From Escherichia coli (GTDB lineage: Bacteria; Pseudomonadota; Gammaproteobacteria; Enterobacterales; Enterobacteriaceae): a stretch of DNA of 64,000 bases. Made by a program: the position numbers and the translations under genes. The stretch is taken from NCBI RefSeq assembly GCF_029227855.1, contig NZ_CP074356.1. One strand, written 5' to 3'. The notes under the pieces are model-generated. The model did not search any database and was not told where the DNA came from. It saw only the letters and a program-made list of their open reading frames with translations. Of the stretch, positions 39,187 through 49,686 are shown piece by piece (the first letter of the stretch is position 1; each line of letters opens with the position of its first letter).

Positions 39187-40086
39187 TCACTCCATCATCT
39201 TCTCAATCGGCAGCACCAGGATTGAACTGGCACCCAGCGCTTTCAGTTTTTCCATCGTTTCCCAGAACAGGGTTTCGCTACTGACCATGTGCATCGCTAC
39301 GCGCTGTTGATCACCTGCCAGCGGCAGAATAGTTGGGCGTTCGGCACCTGGCAGCAGGGCGATGACTTCATCCAGACGTTCAGTCGGTGCGTGCATCATG
39401 ATGTATTTTGATTCGCGCGCCTGGATCACGCCCTGAATACGGGTCAGCAGCTTGTCGATCAGTTGCTGTTTAGATTCTTCCATTTCGCCATCGCGCTGGA
39501 TCAGGCAGGCTTTCGAGCGGTAGATAACTTCGACTTCGCGCAGGCCGTTAGCTTCCAGCGTGGCACCGGTGGAAACCAGATCGCAAATCGCATCCGCCAG
39601 TCCGGCGCGCGGGGCGACTTCAACAGAACCGTTCAGTAAGCAGGATTTAAAAGAGATGCCTTTCTGGTCGAGATAACGCTTGAGCAGGTGAGGATAAGAG
39701 GTGGCGATACGTTTACCGTTTAAGGAGAGCGGACCGTCCCAGGCTTCATCAACCGGCGTTGCCAGCGAAAGGCGGCAGCCGCCGAAATCCAGTCGACGCA
39801 GGGTAAAGTAGCGCGGATCTTCACCCTGGGCTCGGCGGTTAAGCAGCTCTTCTTCCAGCACGTTTTCGCCGATAATCCCAAGGTCTACCACGCCGTCCAT
39901 TACCAGACCGGGAATGTCGTCGTCACGCACGCGCAGAATATCAATCGGCATGTTTTCTGCCATCGCGATCAGGCGCTGGGTGTGAAGATTGATTTTAATG
40001 CCACAGCGCGCCAGCAATTCGCGTGAGTCATCACTTAAACGGCCGGATTTCTGCATAGCTATGCGTAAACGAGTGTTGTCTGTCAT
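39187..40086 (-). CDS. hisG: ATP phosphoribosyltransferase
   Basis: 299 aa from [21 protein letters not shown]; the ORF track start at 40125 is an upstream extension. Confidence 0.95.
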
Positions 40087-40134
40087 TTTCTTATTCCTCT
40101 TTAAACCTGTCTGAACCGTTATCAACAGCGCAAT

Positions 40135-40170
40135 AAAAAAGCCCCCGGAAGGTGATCTTCCGGGGGCTTT
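40135..40170 (-). terminator. his operon attenuator (leader terminator)
   Basis: On the minus-strand transcript: agcccccggaag-aucacc-uuccgggggcu stem followed by a U run; lies between hisL and hisG. Confidence 0.85.
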
Positions 40171-40231
40171 CTCATGCGTTCATGCACCACTGGAAGATCT
40201 GAATGTCTTCCAGCACACATCGCCTGAAAGA

Positions 40232-40282
40232 CTAGTCAGGATGATGGTGATGATGGTGGTGTTTAAATTGAACGCGTGTCAT
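40232..40282 (-). CDS. hisL: his operon leader peptide
   Basis: Reverse complement encodes MTRVQFKHHHHHHHPD-stop, with seven consecutive His codons. Confidence 0.95.
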   Translation of the reverse strand: MTRVQFKHHHHHHHPD

Positions 40283-40529
40283 AAAAGTCTCTGTGAATGT
40301 TTATTCAACTGATGTCTTTTAACCTAAACCACTTTCACGTTAGAAAGCAAGGGCTTTTTTATATATTTTATGGCGATGGATTTGTTTAATGAATGAGCGG
40401 GGAAAGGAGGGGGCTAAGAGGACTGTCCTCTAACCTGACGGCACCAAAAATAGCGAAGCCTGGATTTTCGTCTCACTGACAATATCTTGATCTACAAACT
40501 AATTAATAAATAGTTAATTAACGCCCATC

Positions 40530-40551
40530 ATTGTACAATGAGCTGTACATA
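40530..40551 (+). promoter_or_regulatory. yefM-yoeB operator/promoter with paired TGTACA palindromes
   Basis: ttgtacaatgagctgtacat about 15 bp upstream of the yefM start; TGTACA cores at 40532..40537 and 40544..40549. Confidence 0.7.
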
Positions 40552-40564
40552 AGAGGAGATTGAT

Positions 40565-40816
40565 ATGCGTACAATTAGCTACAGCGAAGCGCGTCAGAAT
40601 TTGTCGGCAACAATGATGAAAGCCGTTGAAGATCATGCCCCGATCCTTATTACTCGTCAGAATGGAGAGGCTTGTGTTCTGATGTCACTCGAAGAATACA
40701 ACTCGCTGGAAGAGACGGCTTATCTACTGCGCTCCCCCGCTAACGCCCGGAGATTGATGGACTCAATCGATAGCCTGAAATCAGGCAAAGGAACGGAAAA
40801 GGACATTATTGAGTGA
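40565..40816 (+). CDS. yefM: Antitoxin YefM (type II TA system)
   Basis: 83 aa; [55 protein letters not shown]. Confidence 0.95.
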
Positions 40817-41067
40817 AACTAATCTGGTCTGAGGAGTCATGGGATGATTATCTGTACTGGCAGGAAACAGATAAGCGAATTGTTAAAAAGATCATTGAAC
40901 TTATCAAAGATACCCGCAGAACACCATTTGAAGGTAAGGGGAAGCCAGAACCCCTGAAGCATAATTTGTCAGGCTTCTGGTCCCGACGCATTACAGAGGA
41001 GCACCGTCTGGTATACGCGGTTACCGACGATTCACTGCTCATTGCAGCATGTCGTTATCATTATTGA
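40813..41067 (+). CDS. yoeB: Toxin YoeB (ribosome-dependent mRNA interferase)
   Basis: 84 aa; start overlaps the yefM stop; C-terminal HRLVYAV...YHY. Confidence 0.95.
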
Positions 41068-41149
41068 ACAGATTCATTCATAGAATGAATTGTCAGTTTT
41101 GATACGCTAGCGTAGCCTTATAGATCTAAGGTGTATCAGGAGATAACGG

Positions 41150-41974
41150 ATGAAAAAGGTCGCAATTGTCGGGTTAGGGTGGTTAGGCATGCCGCTGGCG
41201 ATGTCACTTTCAGCGCGAGGCTGGCAAGTCACCGGGAGTAAAACCACGCAAGATGGTGTCGAAGCGGCCCGAATGAGTGGCATTGATAGTTATCTGCTTC
41301 GCATGGAGCCTGAGTTAGTTTGCGATTCTGACGATCTGGATGCCCTGATGGATACCGATGCGCTGGTCATTACGCTTCCGGCACGTCGTAGCGGCCCCGG
41401 CGATGAGTTCTATTTACAAGCGGTACAAGAGTTAGTGGATAGCGCGCTGGCCCATCGTATTCCCCGCATTATTTTCACCAGCTCAACATCTGTCTATGGC
41501 GATGCGCAAGGCACGGTGAAAGAAACTACCCCGCGTAATCCGGTGACCAACAGTGGACGAGTATTAGAAGAGCTCGAAGACTGGCTGCACAATTTACCCG
41601 GTACTTCGGTCGATATTCTGCGTCTTGCGGGGCTGGTCGGACCGGGACGTCATCCCGGACGCTTCTTTGCCGGAAAAACCGCCCCTGATGGTGAACATGG
41701 TGTTAATTTAGTCCATTTAGAAGATGTTATTGGCGCTATCACTCTGTTGTTACAGGCACCTAAAGGCGGACACATCTATAATATATGTGCGCCAGCTCAC
41801 CCTGCGCGTAATGTTTTCTATCCGCAGATGGCCCGTTTACTGGGGCTGGAACCTCCGCAGTTCAGAAATAGTCTGGACAGCGGCAAAGGTAAGATTATTG
41901 ATGGCAGTCGGATTTGTAATGAACTGGGATTTGAATACCAGTATCCCGATCCGCTGGTAATGCCGCTGGAGTAA
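41150..41974 (+). CDS. yeeZ: NAD(P)-binding epimerase/dehydratase-family protein YeeZ
   Basis: 274 aa; Rossmann N-terminus VAIVGLGWLG; conserved position. Confidence 0.9.
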   Translation: MKKVAIVGLGWLGMPLAMSLSARGWQVTGSKTTQDGVEAARMSGIDSYLLRMEPELVCDSDDLDALMDTDALVITLPARRSGPGDEFYLQAVQELVDSALAHRIPRIIFTSSTSVYGDAQGTVKETTPRNPVTNSGRVLEELEDWLHNLPGTSVDILRLAGLVGPGRHPGRFFAGKTAPDGEHGVNLVHLEDVIGAITLLLQAPKGGHIYNICAPAHPARNVFYPQMARLLGLEPPQFRNSLDSGKGKIIDGSRICNELGFEYQYPDPLVMPLE

Positions 41975-42019
41975 ACGATCACGCCAGCAGGACGCCGCAT
42001 GCACTGCAAGGGGGCGTGT

Positions 42020-42949
42020 ATGAAACCACTGCTGGATGTGTTGATGATCCTCGATGCCTTAGAAAAAGAAGGCAGTTTTGCGGCGGCGTCGGCCAAACTC
42101 TACAAGACGCCGTCCGCTCTGAGTTACACCGTTCACAAGTTGGAAAGCGACCTTAATATTCAATTGCTTGATCGTAGCGGACACCGCGCTAAATTCACCC
42201 GCACCGGAAAAATGTTATTAGAGAAAGGGCGGGAAGTTCTGCATACCGTGCGGGAACTGGAAAAGCAGGCGATCAAACTGCATGAAGGCTGGGAAAACGA
42301 GCTGGTGATTGGTGTGGACGACACCTTCCCTTTTTCTCTGCTTGCGCCACTCATTGAAGCTTTTTATCAACATCATAGTGTGACGCGCCTGAAGTTTATC
42401 AATGGCGTACTCGGTGGTTCCTGGGATGCCCTGACTCAGGGGCGAGCGGATATTATTGTTGGCGCGATGCATGAGCCACCATCTTCCAGTGAGTTTGGTT
42501 TTTCACGGTTGGGCGATCTGGAACAAGTCTTTGCGGTCGCGCCTCATCATCCGTTAGCCCTGGAAGAAGAACCCTTAAACCGTCGTATCATTAAGCGATA
42601 TCGGGCGATTGTGGTGGGGGACACTGCGCAGGCCGGCGCTTCTACGGCCTCACAACTTCTCGACGAACAAGAAGCCATTACCGTTTTCGATTTTAAAACC
42701 AAGCTGGAGCTGCAAATTAGCGGCCTCGGCTGCGGCTATTTACCCCGTTATCTGGCGCAACGTTTTCTCGATAGTGGCGCGTTAATCGAGAAGAAAGTGG
42801 TCGCCCAAACTCTCTTTGAACCCGTCTGGATTGGCTGGAACGAACAGACCGCAGGACTTGCCAGTGGCTGGTGGCGGGATGAAATTTTAGCAAATAGTGC
42901 GATCGCCGGTGTTTATGCAAAATCTGATGACGGAAAATCAGCCATTTAA
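42020..42949 (+). CDS. yeeY: LysR-family transcriptional regulator YeeY
   Basis: 309 aa from MKPLLDVLMILDALEKEGSFAAASAKL (HTH); the ORF track start at 41999 is an extension. Confidence 0.88.
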   Translation: MKPLLDVLMILDALEKEGSFAAASAKLYKTPSALSYTVHKLESDLNIQLLDRSGHRAKFTRTGKMLLEKGREVLHTVRELEKQAIKLHEGWENELVIGVDDTFPFSLLAPLIEAFYQHHSVTRLKFINGVLGGSWDALTQGRADIIVGAMHEPPSSSEFGFSRLGDLEQVFAVAPHHPLALEEEPLNRRIIKRYRAIVVGDTAQAGASTASQLLDEQEAITVFDFKTKLELQISGLGCGYLPRYLAQRFLDSGALIEKKVVAQTLFEPVWIGWNEQTAGLASGWWRDEILANSAIAGVYAKSDDGKSAI

Positions 42950-43029
42950 AGAAAAATTATTATGACAAGCCTCTCATTCTCTTGTCATTTCCCCCCCATT
43001 TAGGCACAATGCGCCGCTGTCAAAAAATG

Positions 43030-43068
43030 ACTAAAAACCGACGTTTCATCAGCGTCGGTTATTTTTTG
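43030..43068 (+). terminator. Rho-independent terminator downstream of yeeY
   Basis: aaccgacgtttcatcagcgtcggtt hairpin followed by attttttg. Confidence 0.7.
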
Positions 43069-43215
43069 CTTCAAACCAATCATTCATACCAAGAGGCCGG
43101 GCTTCGTACCGGATAGATATTTACTAAAAATCGACAGTTGTTGTCGCTGAGGAATCCAAAAAAATGGGGCAATTTTTTGCTTACGCGACGGTTATCACCG
43201 TAAAGGAGAATGACC

Positions 43216-44574
43216 ATGTCGCATAACGTTACTCCAAACACCTCTCGCGTGGAATTGCGTAAAACGCTTACGTTAGTTCCGGTTGTAATGATGGGTCTTG
43301 CCTATATGCAGCCGATGACGCTGTTTGATACTTTTGGTATCGTTTCAGGCCTCACGGATGGTCATGTGCCGACAGCCTATGCGTTCGCATTGATTGCGAT
43401 CCTGTTTACGGCTCTGAGCTACGGGAAGCTGGTTCGCCGCTATCCTTCTGCTGGCTCTGCATACACTTACGCCCAGAAATCCATTAGCCCGACTGTCGGC
43501 TTTATGGTGGGTTGGTCTTCTCTGCTCGACTATCTGTTCGCGCCGATGATCAACATTCTGCTGGCGAAAATCTATTTTGAAGCTCTGGTGCCTTCCATTC
43601 CATCGTGGATGTTTGTGGTGGCGCTGGTGGCCTTTATGACCGCCTTTAACCTGCGTAGTCTGAAATCCGTAGCGAACTTCAACACTGTAATCGTCGTGTT
43701 GCAGGTAGTGCTGATCGCGGTGATCCTGGGCATGGTTGTTTATGGCGTATTTGAAGGTGAAGGCGCGGGTACGCTGGCGAGCACTCGTCCGTTCTGGTCT
43801 GGCGATGCGCATGTTATCCCGATGATTACCGGGGCGACAATCCTGTGCTTCTCCTTTACCGGCTTTGACGGCATCAGCAACCTGTCGGAAGAAACCAAAG
43901 ATGCAGAGCGCGTGATCCCGCGTGCGATTTTCCTGACCGCGCTGATCGGCGGCATGATCTTCATCTTTGCAACTTACTTCCTGCAACTGTATTTCCCGGA
44001 TATCTCTCGCTTTAAAGATCCGGATGCGTCACAGCCTGAAATCATGCTGTACGTTGCGGGTAAAGCGTTCCAGGTTGGCGCGCTGATCTTCTCCACCATT
44101 ACCGTACTGGCGTCCGGTATGGCGGCGCACGCAGGCGTAGCGCGTCTGATGTACGTAATGGGGCGTGATGGCGTGTTCCCGAAAAGCTTCTTCGGTTATG
44201 TACACCCGAAATGGCGTACTCCGGCGATGAACATCATCCTGGTTGGCGCGATTGCTCTGCTGGCAATCAACTTCGACCTGGTAATGGCTACGGCGCTGAT
44301 TAACTTTGGTGCGCTGGTGGCGTTCACCTTCGTTAACCTGTCGGTTATTTCGCAGTTCTGGATTCGTGAGAAGCGTAACAAGACGCTGAAAGATCACTTC
44401 CAGTATCTGTTCCTGCCGATGTGTGGTGCGCTGACCGTTGGTGCGCTGTGGGTTAACCTGGAAGAAAGCTCAATGGTTCTGGGTCTGATCTGGGCGGCTA
44501 TCGGTCTGATTTACCTGGCTTGCGTCACCAAGAGCTTCCGTAATCCGGTTCCGCAGTACGAAGACGTAGCATAA
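43216..44574 (+). CDS. plaP: Putrescine importer PlaP (APC family)
   Basis: 452 aa from [27 protein letters not shown]; 12-TM amino acid/polyamine permease. Confidence 0.93.
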   Translation: MSHNVTPNTSRVELRKTLTLVPVVMMGLAYMQPMTLFDTFGIVSGLTDGHVPTAYAFALIAILFTALSYGKLVRRYPSAGSAYTYAQKSISPTVGFMVGWSSLLDYLFAPMINILLAKIYFEALVPSIPSWMFVVALVAFMTAFNLRSLKSVANFNTVIVVLQVVLIAVILGMVVYGVFEGEGAGTLASTRPFWSGDAHVIPMITGATILCFSFTGFDGISNLSEETKDAERVIPRAIFLTALIGGMIFIFATYFLQLYFPDISRFKDPDASQPEIMLYVAGKAFQVGALIFSTITVLASGMAAHAGVARLMYVMGRDGVFPKSFFGYVHPKWRTPAMNIILVGAIALLAINFDLVMATALINFGALVAFTFVNLSVISQFWIREKRNKTLKDHFQYLFLPMCGALTVGALWVNLEESSMVLGLIWAAIGLIYLACVTKSFRNPVPQYEDVA

Positions 44575-44590
44575 TCATCTTTTCTAATAA

Positions 44591-44630
44591 TAAACCGGAG
44601 TCGAATGAATATTTGGCTCCGGTTTTTTTA
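44591..44630 (+). terminator. Rho-independent terminator downstream of plaP
   Basis: aaccggagtcgaatgaatatttggctccggtt hairpin followed by ttttttt. Confidence 0.75.
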
Positions 44631-44752
44631 TTCTTTTTTATCGACATCCTCATTGATAACCATTTGTTCTAATTTAGAGAATTTGGTTATTGGTCTGCAT
44701 TCCACCAGTCATGAATAATTTCCCCATTAACATTCATCTGGTTAATTAATTT

Positions 44753-45811
44753 ATGTTTTCAATGATATTAAGCGGGCTAATTTGTGGTGCTCTGCTGGGA
44801 TTTGTCATGCAGCGTGGGCGTTTTTGCCTGACAGGTGGTTTTCGCGATATGTATATCGCGAAAAATAATCGCATGTTTTACGCCTTGCTGATTGCAATTT
44901 CGGTACAAAGCGTGGGGGTTTTTGCGTTAATTCAGGCGGGCCTACTGACTTACGAAGCCGGGGCGTTCCCGTGGCTTGGTACTGTTATAGGTGGGTATCT
45001 TTTCGGGCTGGGAATTGTTCTGGCGGGTGGATGTGCCACCGGGACCTGGTATCGCGCGGGTGAGGGATTGATCGGCAGTTGGATCGCGCTTTTCACTTAT
45101 ATGGTGATGAGTGCGGTGATGCGTTCTCCACACGCCAGTGGTTTAAATCAAACCTTGCAGCACTACAGTACTGAACATAACTCTATTGCTGAGACTTTTA
45201 ATTTGTCTGTGTGGCCGTTGGTTGCCGTTTTGCTGGTGATAACGCTCTGGGTAGTGATGAAAGAGTTGAAGAAACCAAAATTAAAAGTCGCGACCTTACC
45301 GCCGCGCCGAACCGGGATCGCTCATATTCTGTTTGAAAAACGCTGGCATCCCTTTGTCACTGCTGTACTCATCGGTTTGATTGCGCTTTTAGCCTGGCCC
45401 CTGAGTGAAGCAACCGGACGCATGTTTGGGTTAGGAATCACTTCCCCAACGGCCAATATTCTGCAATTTCTGGTCGCGGGTGACGTGAAATACATTAACT
45501 GGGGCGTTTTCCTGGTGTTAGGGATCTTCGTGGGGTCATTTATTGCAGCCAAAGCGAGTCGTGAGTTCCGCGTTCGCGCAGCTGATGCACAAACAACATT
45601 ACGTAGCGGGTTAGGTGGTGTACTGATGGGCTTCGGTGCCAGTATTGCAGGTGGTTGCTCTATCGGTAATGGACTGGTTATGACTGCAATGATGACCTGG
45701 CAGGGCTGGATTGGCCTTGTATTTATGATTCTCGGAGTCTGGACTGCGTCCTGGCTTGTGTATGTTCGACCGCAGCGTAAGGCGCGACTGGCAACTGCTG
45801 CGGCAAATTAA
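44753..45811 (+). CDS. yeeE: Thiosulfate transporter YeeE/TsuA (YeeE/YedE family membrane protein)
   Basis: 352 aa polytopic membrane protein with conserved Cys-containing loops (GRFCLTGG, GGCATGTWYR, GGCSIGNG). Confidence 0.92.
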   Translation: MFSMILSGLICGALLGFVMQRGRFCLTGGFRDMYIAKNNRMFYALLIAISVQSVGVFALIQAGLLTYEAGAFPWLGTVIGGYLFGLGIVLAGGCATGTWYRAGEGLIGSWIALFTYMVMSAVMRSPHASGLNQTLQHYSTEHNSIAETFNLSVWPLVAVLLVITLWVVMKELKKPKLKVATLPPRRTGIAHILFEKRWHPFVTAVLIGLIALLAWPLSEATGRMFGLGITSPTANILQFLVAGDVKYINWGVFLVLGIFVGSFIAAKASREFRVRAADAQTTLRSGLGGVLMGFGASIAGGCSIGNGLVMTAMMTWQGWIGLVFMILGVWTASWLVYVRPQRKARLATAAAN

Positions 45812-45824
45812 GTAAGGTGTAAAG

Positions 45825-46052
45825 ATGGCGATTAAAAAGCTGGATGTGGTGACGCAGGTCTGTCCGTTTCCACTCATAGAAGCAAAAGCAGCACTGGCAG
45901 AAATGGCCAGCGGCGATGAGTTGGTAATTGAGTTTGATTGCACCCAGGCAACTGAAGCAATCCCACAGTGGGCGGCAGAAGAAGGACATGCCATCACCGA
46001 TTATCAGCAGATTGGCGATGCAGCGTGGAGCATCACCGTTCAAAAAGCCTGA
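45825..46052 (+). CDS. yeeD: TusA-like sulfurtransferase YeeD
   Basis: 75 aa; CPFP motif (LDVVTQVCPFPLIEAKAAL) typical of TusA family. Confidence 0.93.
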   Translation: MAIKKLDVVTQVCPFPLIEAKAALAEMASGDELVIEFDCTQATEAIPQWAAEEGHAITDYQQIGDAAWSITVQKA

Positions 46053-46056
46053 CTCA

Positions 46057-46090
46057 AAATTGTCCTCCGCCGTACCAGCGGCGGAGGCTT
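46057..46090. terminator. Bidirectional terminator between convergent yeeD and sbcB
   Basis: cctccgccgtaccagcggcggagg perfect hairpin. Confidence 0.7.
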
Positions 46091-46094
46091 CACA

Positions 46095-47522
46095 TTAGAC
46101 AATCTCTTCCGCGTACTGCCAAAGCGCTTTTAACAGCGCCACTTTTTCTTTATCGTCGGCATACTGCTGCGCCAGCATCTGAATCTCTTCTGCATAGCCT
46201 TGTAAAAACTCTGGCGTGAAGACCTGGCGGCGGTGCTCCAGCCAGCGTTGCTGCTCGGCATAATCCAGCGTCCCCGGGAAGTTGCGTGCCCGATAATTGA
46301 ACAACAGCTTTTCAATCCGTTTATCAACAAAAGTGATATCCAGTGCCGGTAAATTACGCGGCTCGGTTTCCAGCACAATTTTCATTGCTGCACGATCGGC
46401 GTCACTGAAAAAGCCATTATAAAGCTGTGCATCCACGTTATCTGAAGGCGTAAACGGTTCGGCTTCCGCGAATATCGCCACCACTTTTTCACGCACTTGC
46501 GGATTTTCACGCAGAATTTTCAGGTTATCGAGGCAATGCTGACGATTAATTCCCAGTCGGTCGGCATCTTCCGGGCGTAGCGTATTCGCCTGGGCCAGCA
46601 CCGGACATTTATTGATATGCACCAGTTTAACCGGAACGGCGGCGTTATCGCCAAGATCGGTTTTTGCGGTATATAAACGCTCGCGCAATGTGTCGCTATC
46701 CAGTTCCAGTAATGGCGAAATATCTCCTGCCAAATCCACCATAATTACGGCATTGCGATTTTCAGGATGCCACGCCAGCGGTGCCACCCAGCTGGTATTG
46801 CCGCGCCATGCCCCAAACATTCCGGAAACGTGAACCAGGGGTTTCATCTGCGGAACATCAATCAACGCCATCAGTTTGTGTTTATTACGATGGGTAAAGA
46901 GATAATCAAACAGGCGTGGCTGACGCGTTTTTACCAGTTTCGCCATCGCAATAGTGGCGTACACATCAGCCATCGCATCGTGGGCGTTGCTATGTTCAAT
47001 ACCATTCGCTTTGGTTAAATGCTCAAGGCGAAAGCTCGGTAGACCTTCATCATTTTCAGGCCAGTTTATTCCTTCCGGGCGCAGGGCATAGCAGGCACGC
47101 ATAACATCCAGTAAATCCCAGCGCGAGTTATCATGCTGCCAGCTCCAGGAGTAAGGATCGTAGAAATTACGATAAAAAACGTTGCGTGTGACTTCGTCGT
47201 CGAAACGCACATTGTTGTAGCCCAGAATACAGGTCTTCGGTACGGTAAAAAGCGAGTGAATACGGGCGGCAAACGCGGCTTCGTTTTCTCCTTTCGCCCG
47301 TGCTTCCTGCGGGGTAATACCGGTAATTAATACTGCTCCTGGCTGGGGTAAATAGTCATCCGCGGGCTTGCAGTAAAAGACTTCGGGTTCGCCGATGACA
47401 TTGAATTCGTTATCAGTGCGAATGGCTGCGAACTGTGCAGGGCGATCTAACGCGGGGTGCGTTCCAAAGGTTTCGTAATCGTGAAACAAAAAGGTAGATT
47501 GTTGCTTACCGTCATTCATCAT
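46095..47522 (-). CDS. sbcB: Exodeoxyribonuclease I
   Basis: 475 aa from MMNDGKQQSTFLFHDYETFGTHPALDRPAQFA (DEDDh exonuclease motif); the ORF track start at 47570 is an extension. Confidence 0.95.
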   Translation of the reverse strand: MMNDGKQQSTFLFHDYETFGTHPALDRPAQFAAIRTDNEFNVIGEPEVFYCKPADDYLPQPGAVLITGITPQEARAKGENEAAFAARIHSLFTVPKTCILGYNNVRFDDEVTRNVFYRNFYDPYSWSWQHDNSRWDLLDVMRACYALRPEGINWPENDEGLPSFRLEHLTKANGIEHSNAHDAMADVYATIAMAKLVKTRQPRLFDYLFTHRNKHKLMALIDVPQMKPLVHVSGMFGAWRGNTSWVAPLAWHPENRNAVIMVDLAGDISPLLELDSDTLRERLYTAKTDLGDNAAVPVKLVHINKCPVLAQANTLRPEDADRLGINRQHCLDNLKILRENPQVREKVVAIFAEAEPFTPSDNVDAQLYNGFFSDADRAAMKIVLETEPRNLPALDITFVDKRIEKLLFNYRARNFPGTLDYAEQQRWLEHRRQVFTPEFLQGYAEEIQMLAQQYADDKEKVALLKALWQYAEEIV

Positions 47523-47730
47523 TAGGTTAAATCCGTTATTTCTGCTGTCTGCCAGAGTATCAAATATCACCGTGCTAATCAGCTTTAGCGCGACAATTTG
47601 ACAGCGAGTGGCAACAGATCATGTCAGATGAAAATGAGAGGGTAGTCACATTTTCTTGCACTTTATTCCAGCCAGTTCATAAGTATTTCCGTAAAAAGAA
47701 CAGCTATTTGAAACTCCTGAGGGTTTGCTG

Positions 47731-48897
47731 TTGAAACGCCGTCTTATTATTGCTGCTTCTTTGTTCGTTTTTAACTTATTGTCTGGTTTTGCGGCGGAAA
47801 ACATTCCTTTTTCACCTCAGCCTCCTGAGATTCATGCCGGCTCCTGGGTATTGATGGATTACACCACCGGTCAGATCCTCACCGCGGGTAATGAGCATCA
47901 ACAGCGCAATCCCGCCAGCCTGACAAAGCTGATGACGGGCTATGTCGTGGATCGTGCTATCGATAGTCATCGCATTACGCCAGACGATATTGTCACCGTG
48001 GGGCGTGATGCGTGGGCGAAAGATAATCCGGTGTTTGTCGGTTCTTCACTGATGTTTTTGAAAGAGGGCGATCGCGTATCGGTACGTGATTTAAGCCGTG
48101 GTTTAATTGTGGATTCCGGAAATGACGCTTGTGTTGCACTGGCTGACTATATTGCCGGTGGGCAACGGCAGTTTGTTGAAATGATGAACAACTATGCCGA
48201 GAAGCTGCATCTCAAGGATACGCATTTTGAAACAGTGCATGGTCTGGATGCACCAGGCCAGCATAGCTCGGCTTATGATTTAGCTGTGCTTTCTCGCGCT
48301 ATCATCCACGGCGAGCCCGAGTTTTATCATATGTACAGTGAGAAAAGTCTCACCTGGAACGGTATCACCCAGCAAAACCGTAACGGGTTATTGTGGGATA
48401 AAACCATGAATGTTGACGGCCTGAAAACGGGTCATACTTCTGGTGCCGGGTTTAATCTCATTGCTTCGGCTGTGGATGGGCAGCGTCGTCTCATTGCAGT
48501 GATAATGGGTGCTGACAGCGCAAAAGGTCGTGAGGAAGAGGCAAGAAAATTACTGCGTTGGGGGCAACAAAACTTTCCCACGGTGCAAATTTTGCACCGT
48601 GGGAAAAAGGTTGGTACGGAACGCATCTGGTATGGCGATAAAGAAAATATCGCCCTGGGAACGGAACAAGAGTTCTGGATGGTGCTACCGAAAGCCGAAA
48701 TTCCACATATCAAAGCCAAATATACCCTTGATGGTAAAGAGCTCACCGCGCCAATTAGCGCCCATCAGCGGGTAGGGGAAATTGAACTTTACGACCGTGA
48801 TAAACAGGTGGCGCACTGGCCGCTGGTTACCCTGGAATCTGTCGGGGAAGGCAGCATGTTTTCTCGCCTGAGTGATTATTTCCACCATAAGGCCTGA
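47731..48897 (+). CDS. dacD: D-alanyl-D-alanine carboxypeptidase DacD (PBP6b)
   Basis: 388 aa; apparent TTG start; active-site SLTK, SGN and KTG motifs present. Confidence 0.92.
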   Translation: MKRRLIIAASLFVFNLLSGFAAENIPFSPQPPEIHAGSWVLMDYTTGQILTAGNEHQQRNPASLTKLMTGYVVDRAIDSHRITPDDIVTVGRDAWAKDNPVFVGSSLMFLKEGDRVSVRDLSRGLIVDSGNDACVALADYIAGGQRQFVEMMNNYAEKLHLKDTHFETVHGLDAPGQHSSAYDLAVLSRAIIHGEPEFYHMYSEKSLTWNGITQQNRNGLLWDKTMNVDGLKTGHTSGAGFNLIASAVDGQRRLIAVIMGADSAKGREEEARKLLRWGQQNFPTVQILHRGKKVGTERIWYGDKENIALGTEQEFWMVLPKAEIPHIKAKYTLDGKELTAPISAHQRVGEIELYDRDKQVAHWPLVTLESVGEGSMFSRLSDYFHHKA

Positions 48898-48981
48898 CCT
48901 TTCTTTTGCAGCAGACTGGCAGGAGTGCGAGTCTGCTCGCATAATCAACACTCATTCCTTGTGGTTTTAATATTGCAACTA

Positions 48982-49001
48982 TACTGTATATAAAAACAGT
49001 A
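48982..49001 (+). promoter_or_regulatory. LexA (SOS) box upstream of sbmC
   Basis: tactgtatataaaaacagta matches the CTGT-N8-ACAG consensus, about 15 bp upstream of the sbmC ATG. Confidence 0.85.
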
Positions 49002-49015
49002 ATAATGGAGGCGTC

Positions 49016-49489
49016 ATGAACTACGAGATTAAGCAGGAAGATAAACGTACCGTTGCAGGTTTCCATCTCGTTGGCCCGTGGGAACAGACGGTAAAGAAAG
49101 GTTTTGAGCAGTTGATGATGTGGGTAGATAGCAAAAATATTGTGCCGAAGGAGTGGGTTGCTGTCTATTACGACAATCCGGATGAAACACCCGCCGAAAA
49201 ATTACGCTGCGACACCGTCGTGACGGTACCGAATAACTTTACGCTCCCCGAAAACAGTGAGGGCGTCATTCTGACAGAAATTTCAGGTGGTCAATATGCG
49301 GTGGCGGTGGCTCGTGTAGTCGGTGATGATTTTGCTAAACCCTGGTATCAGTTCTTTAATAGCCTCTTGCAGGACAGTGCTTATGAAATGTTACCAAAGC
49401 CCTGCTTCGAGGTTTACTTGAACAATGGCGCGGAAGATGGGTACTGGGACATCGAAATGTATGTTGCGGTGCAGCCAAAACATCACTAA
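49016..49489 (+). CDS. sbmC: DNA gyrase inhibitor SbmC (GyrI)
   Basis: 157 aa; [24 protein letters not shown]; SOS box upstream. Confidence 0.95.
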   Translation: MNYEIKQEDKRTVAGFHLVGPWEQTVKKGFEQLMMWVDSKNIVPKEWVAVYYDNPDETPAEKLRCDTVVTVPNNFTLPENSEGVILTEISGGQYAVAVARVVGDDFAKPWYQFFNSLLQDSAYEMLPKPCFEVYLNNGAEDGYWDIEMYVAVQPKHH

Positions 49490-49686
49490 TTCATCTCAGG
49501 GCGGTGTGTTGACGCGAAGACCACTCTTTTTTTGAAAGCGAAAAGAGTAAGATGCGCCTTTCAAATTTTTCGCTCCTGCCGGGAAATTACACCGTTCCCG
49601 GTATGTCCGTCGGATAACTCAGAGGCGCGCCTTCTGGCCGACAGATGTGTTATGAGCGCTTTTAATCTTCATTACGGAGTTTCTGC

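Noticed and set aside
40238-40261. Run of His codons (atgatggtgatgatggtggtg on the plus strand) that could be mistaken for an engineered His-tag
   Set aside because: It is the native hisL leader peptide, correctly positioned upstream of hisG with its attenuator, and is not a cloning artefact.
43345-43986. 213-aa ORF antisense to plaP
   Set aside because: Embedded in the permease gene; no support.
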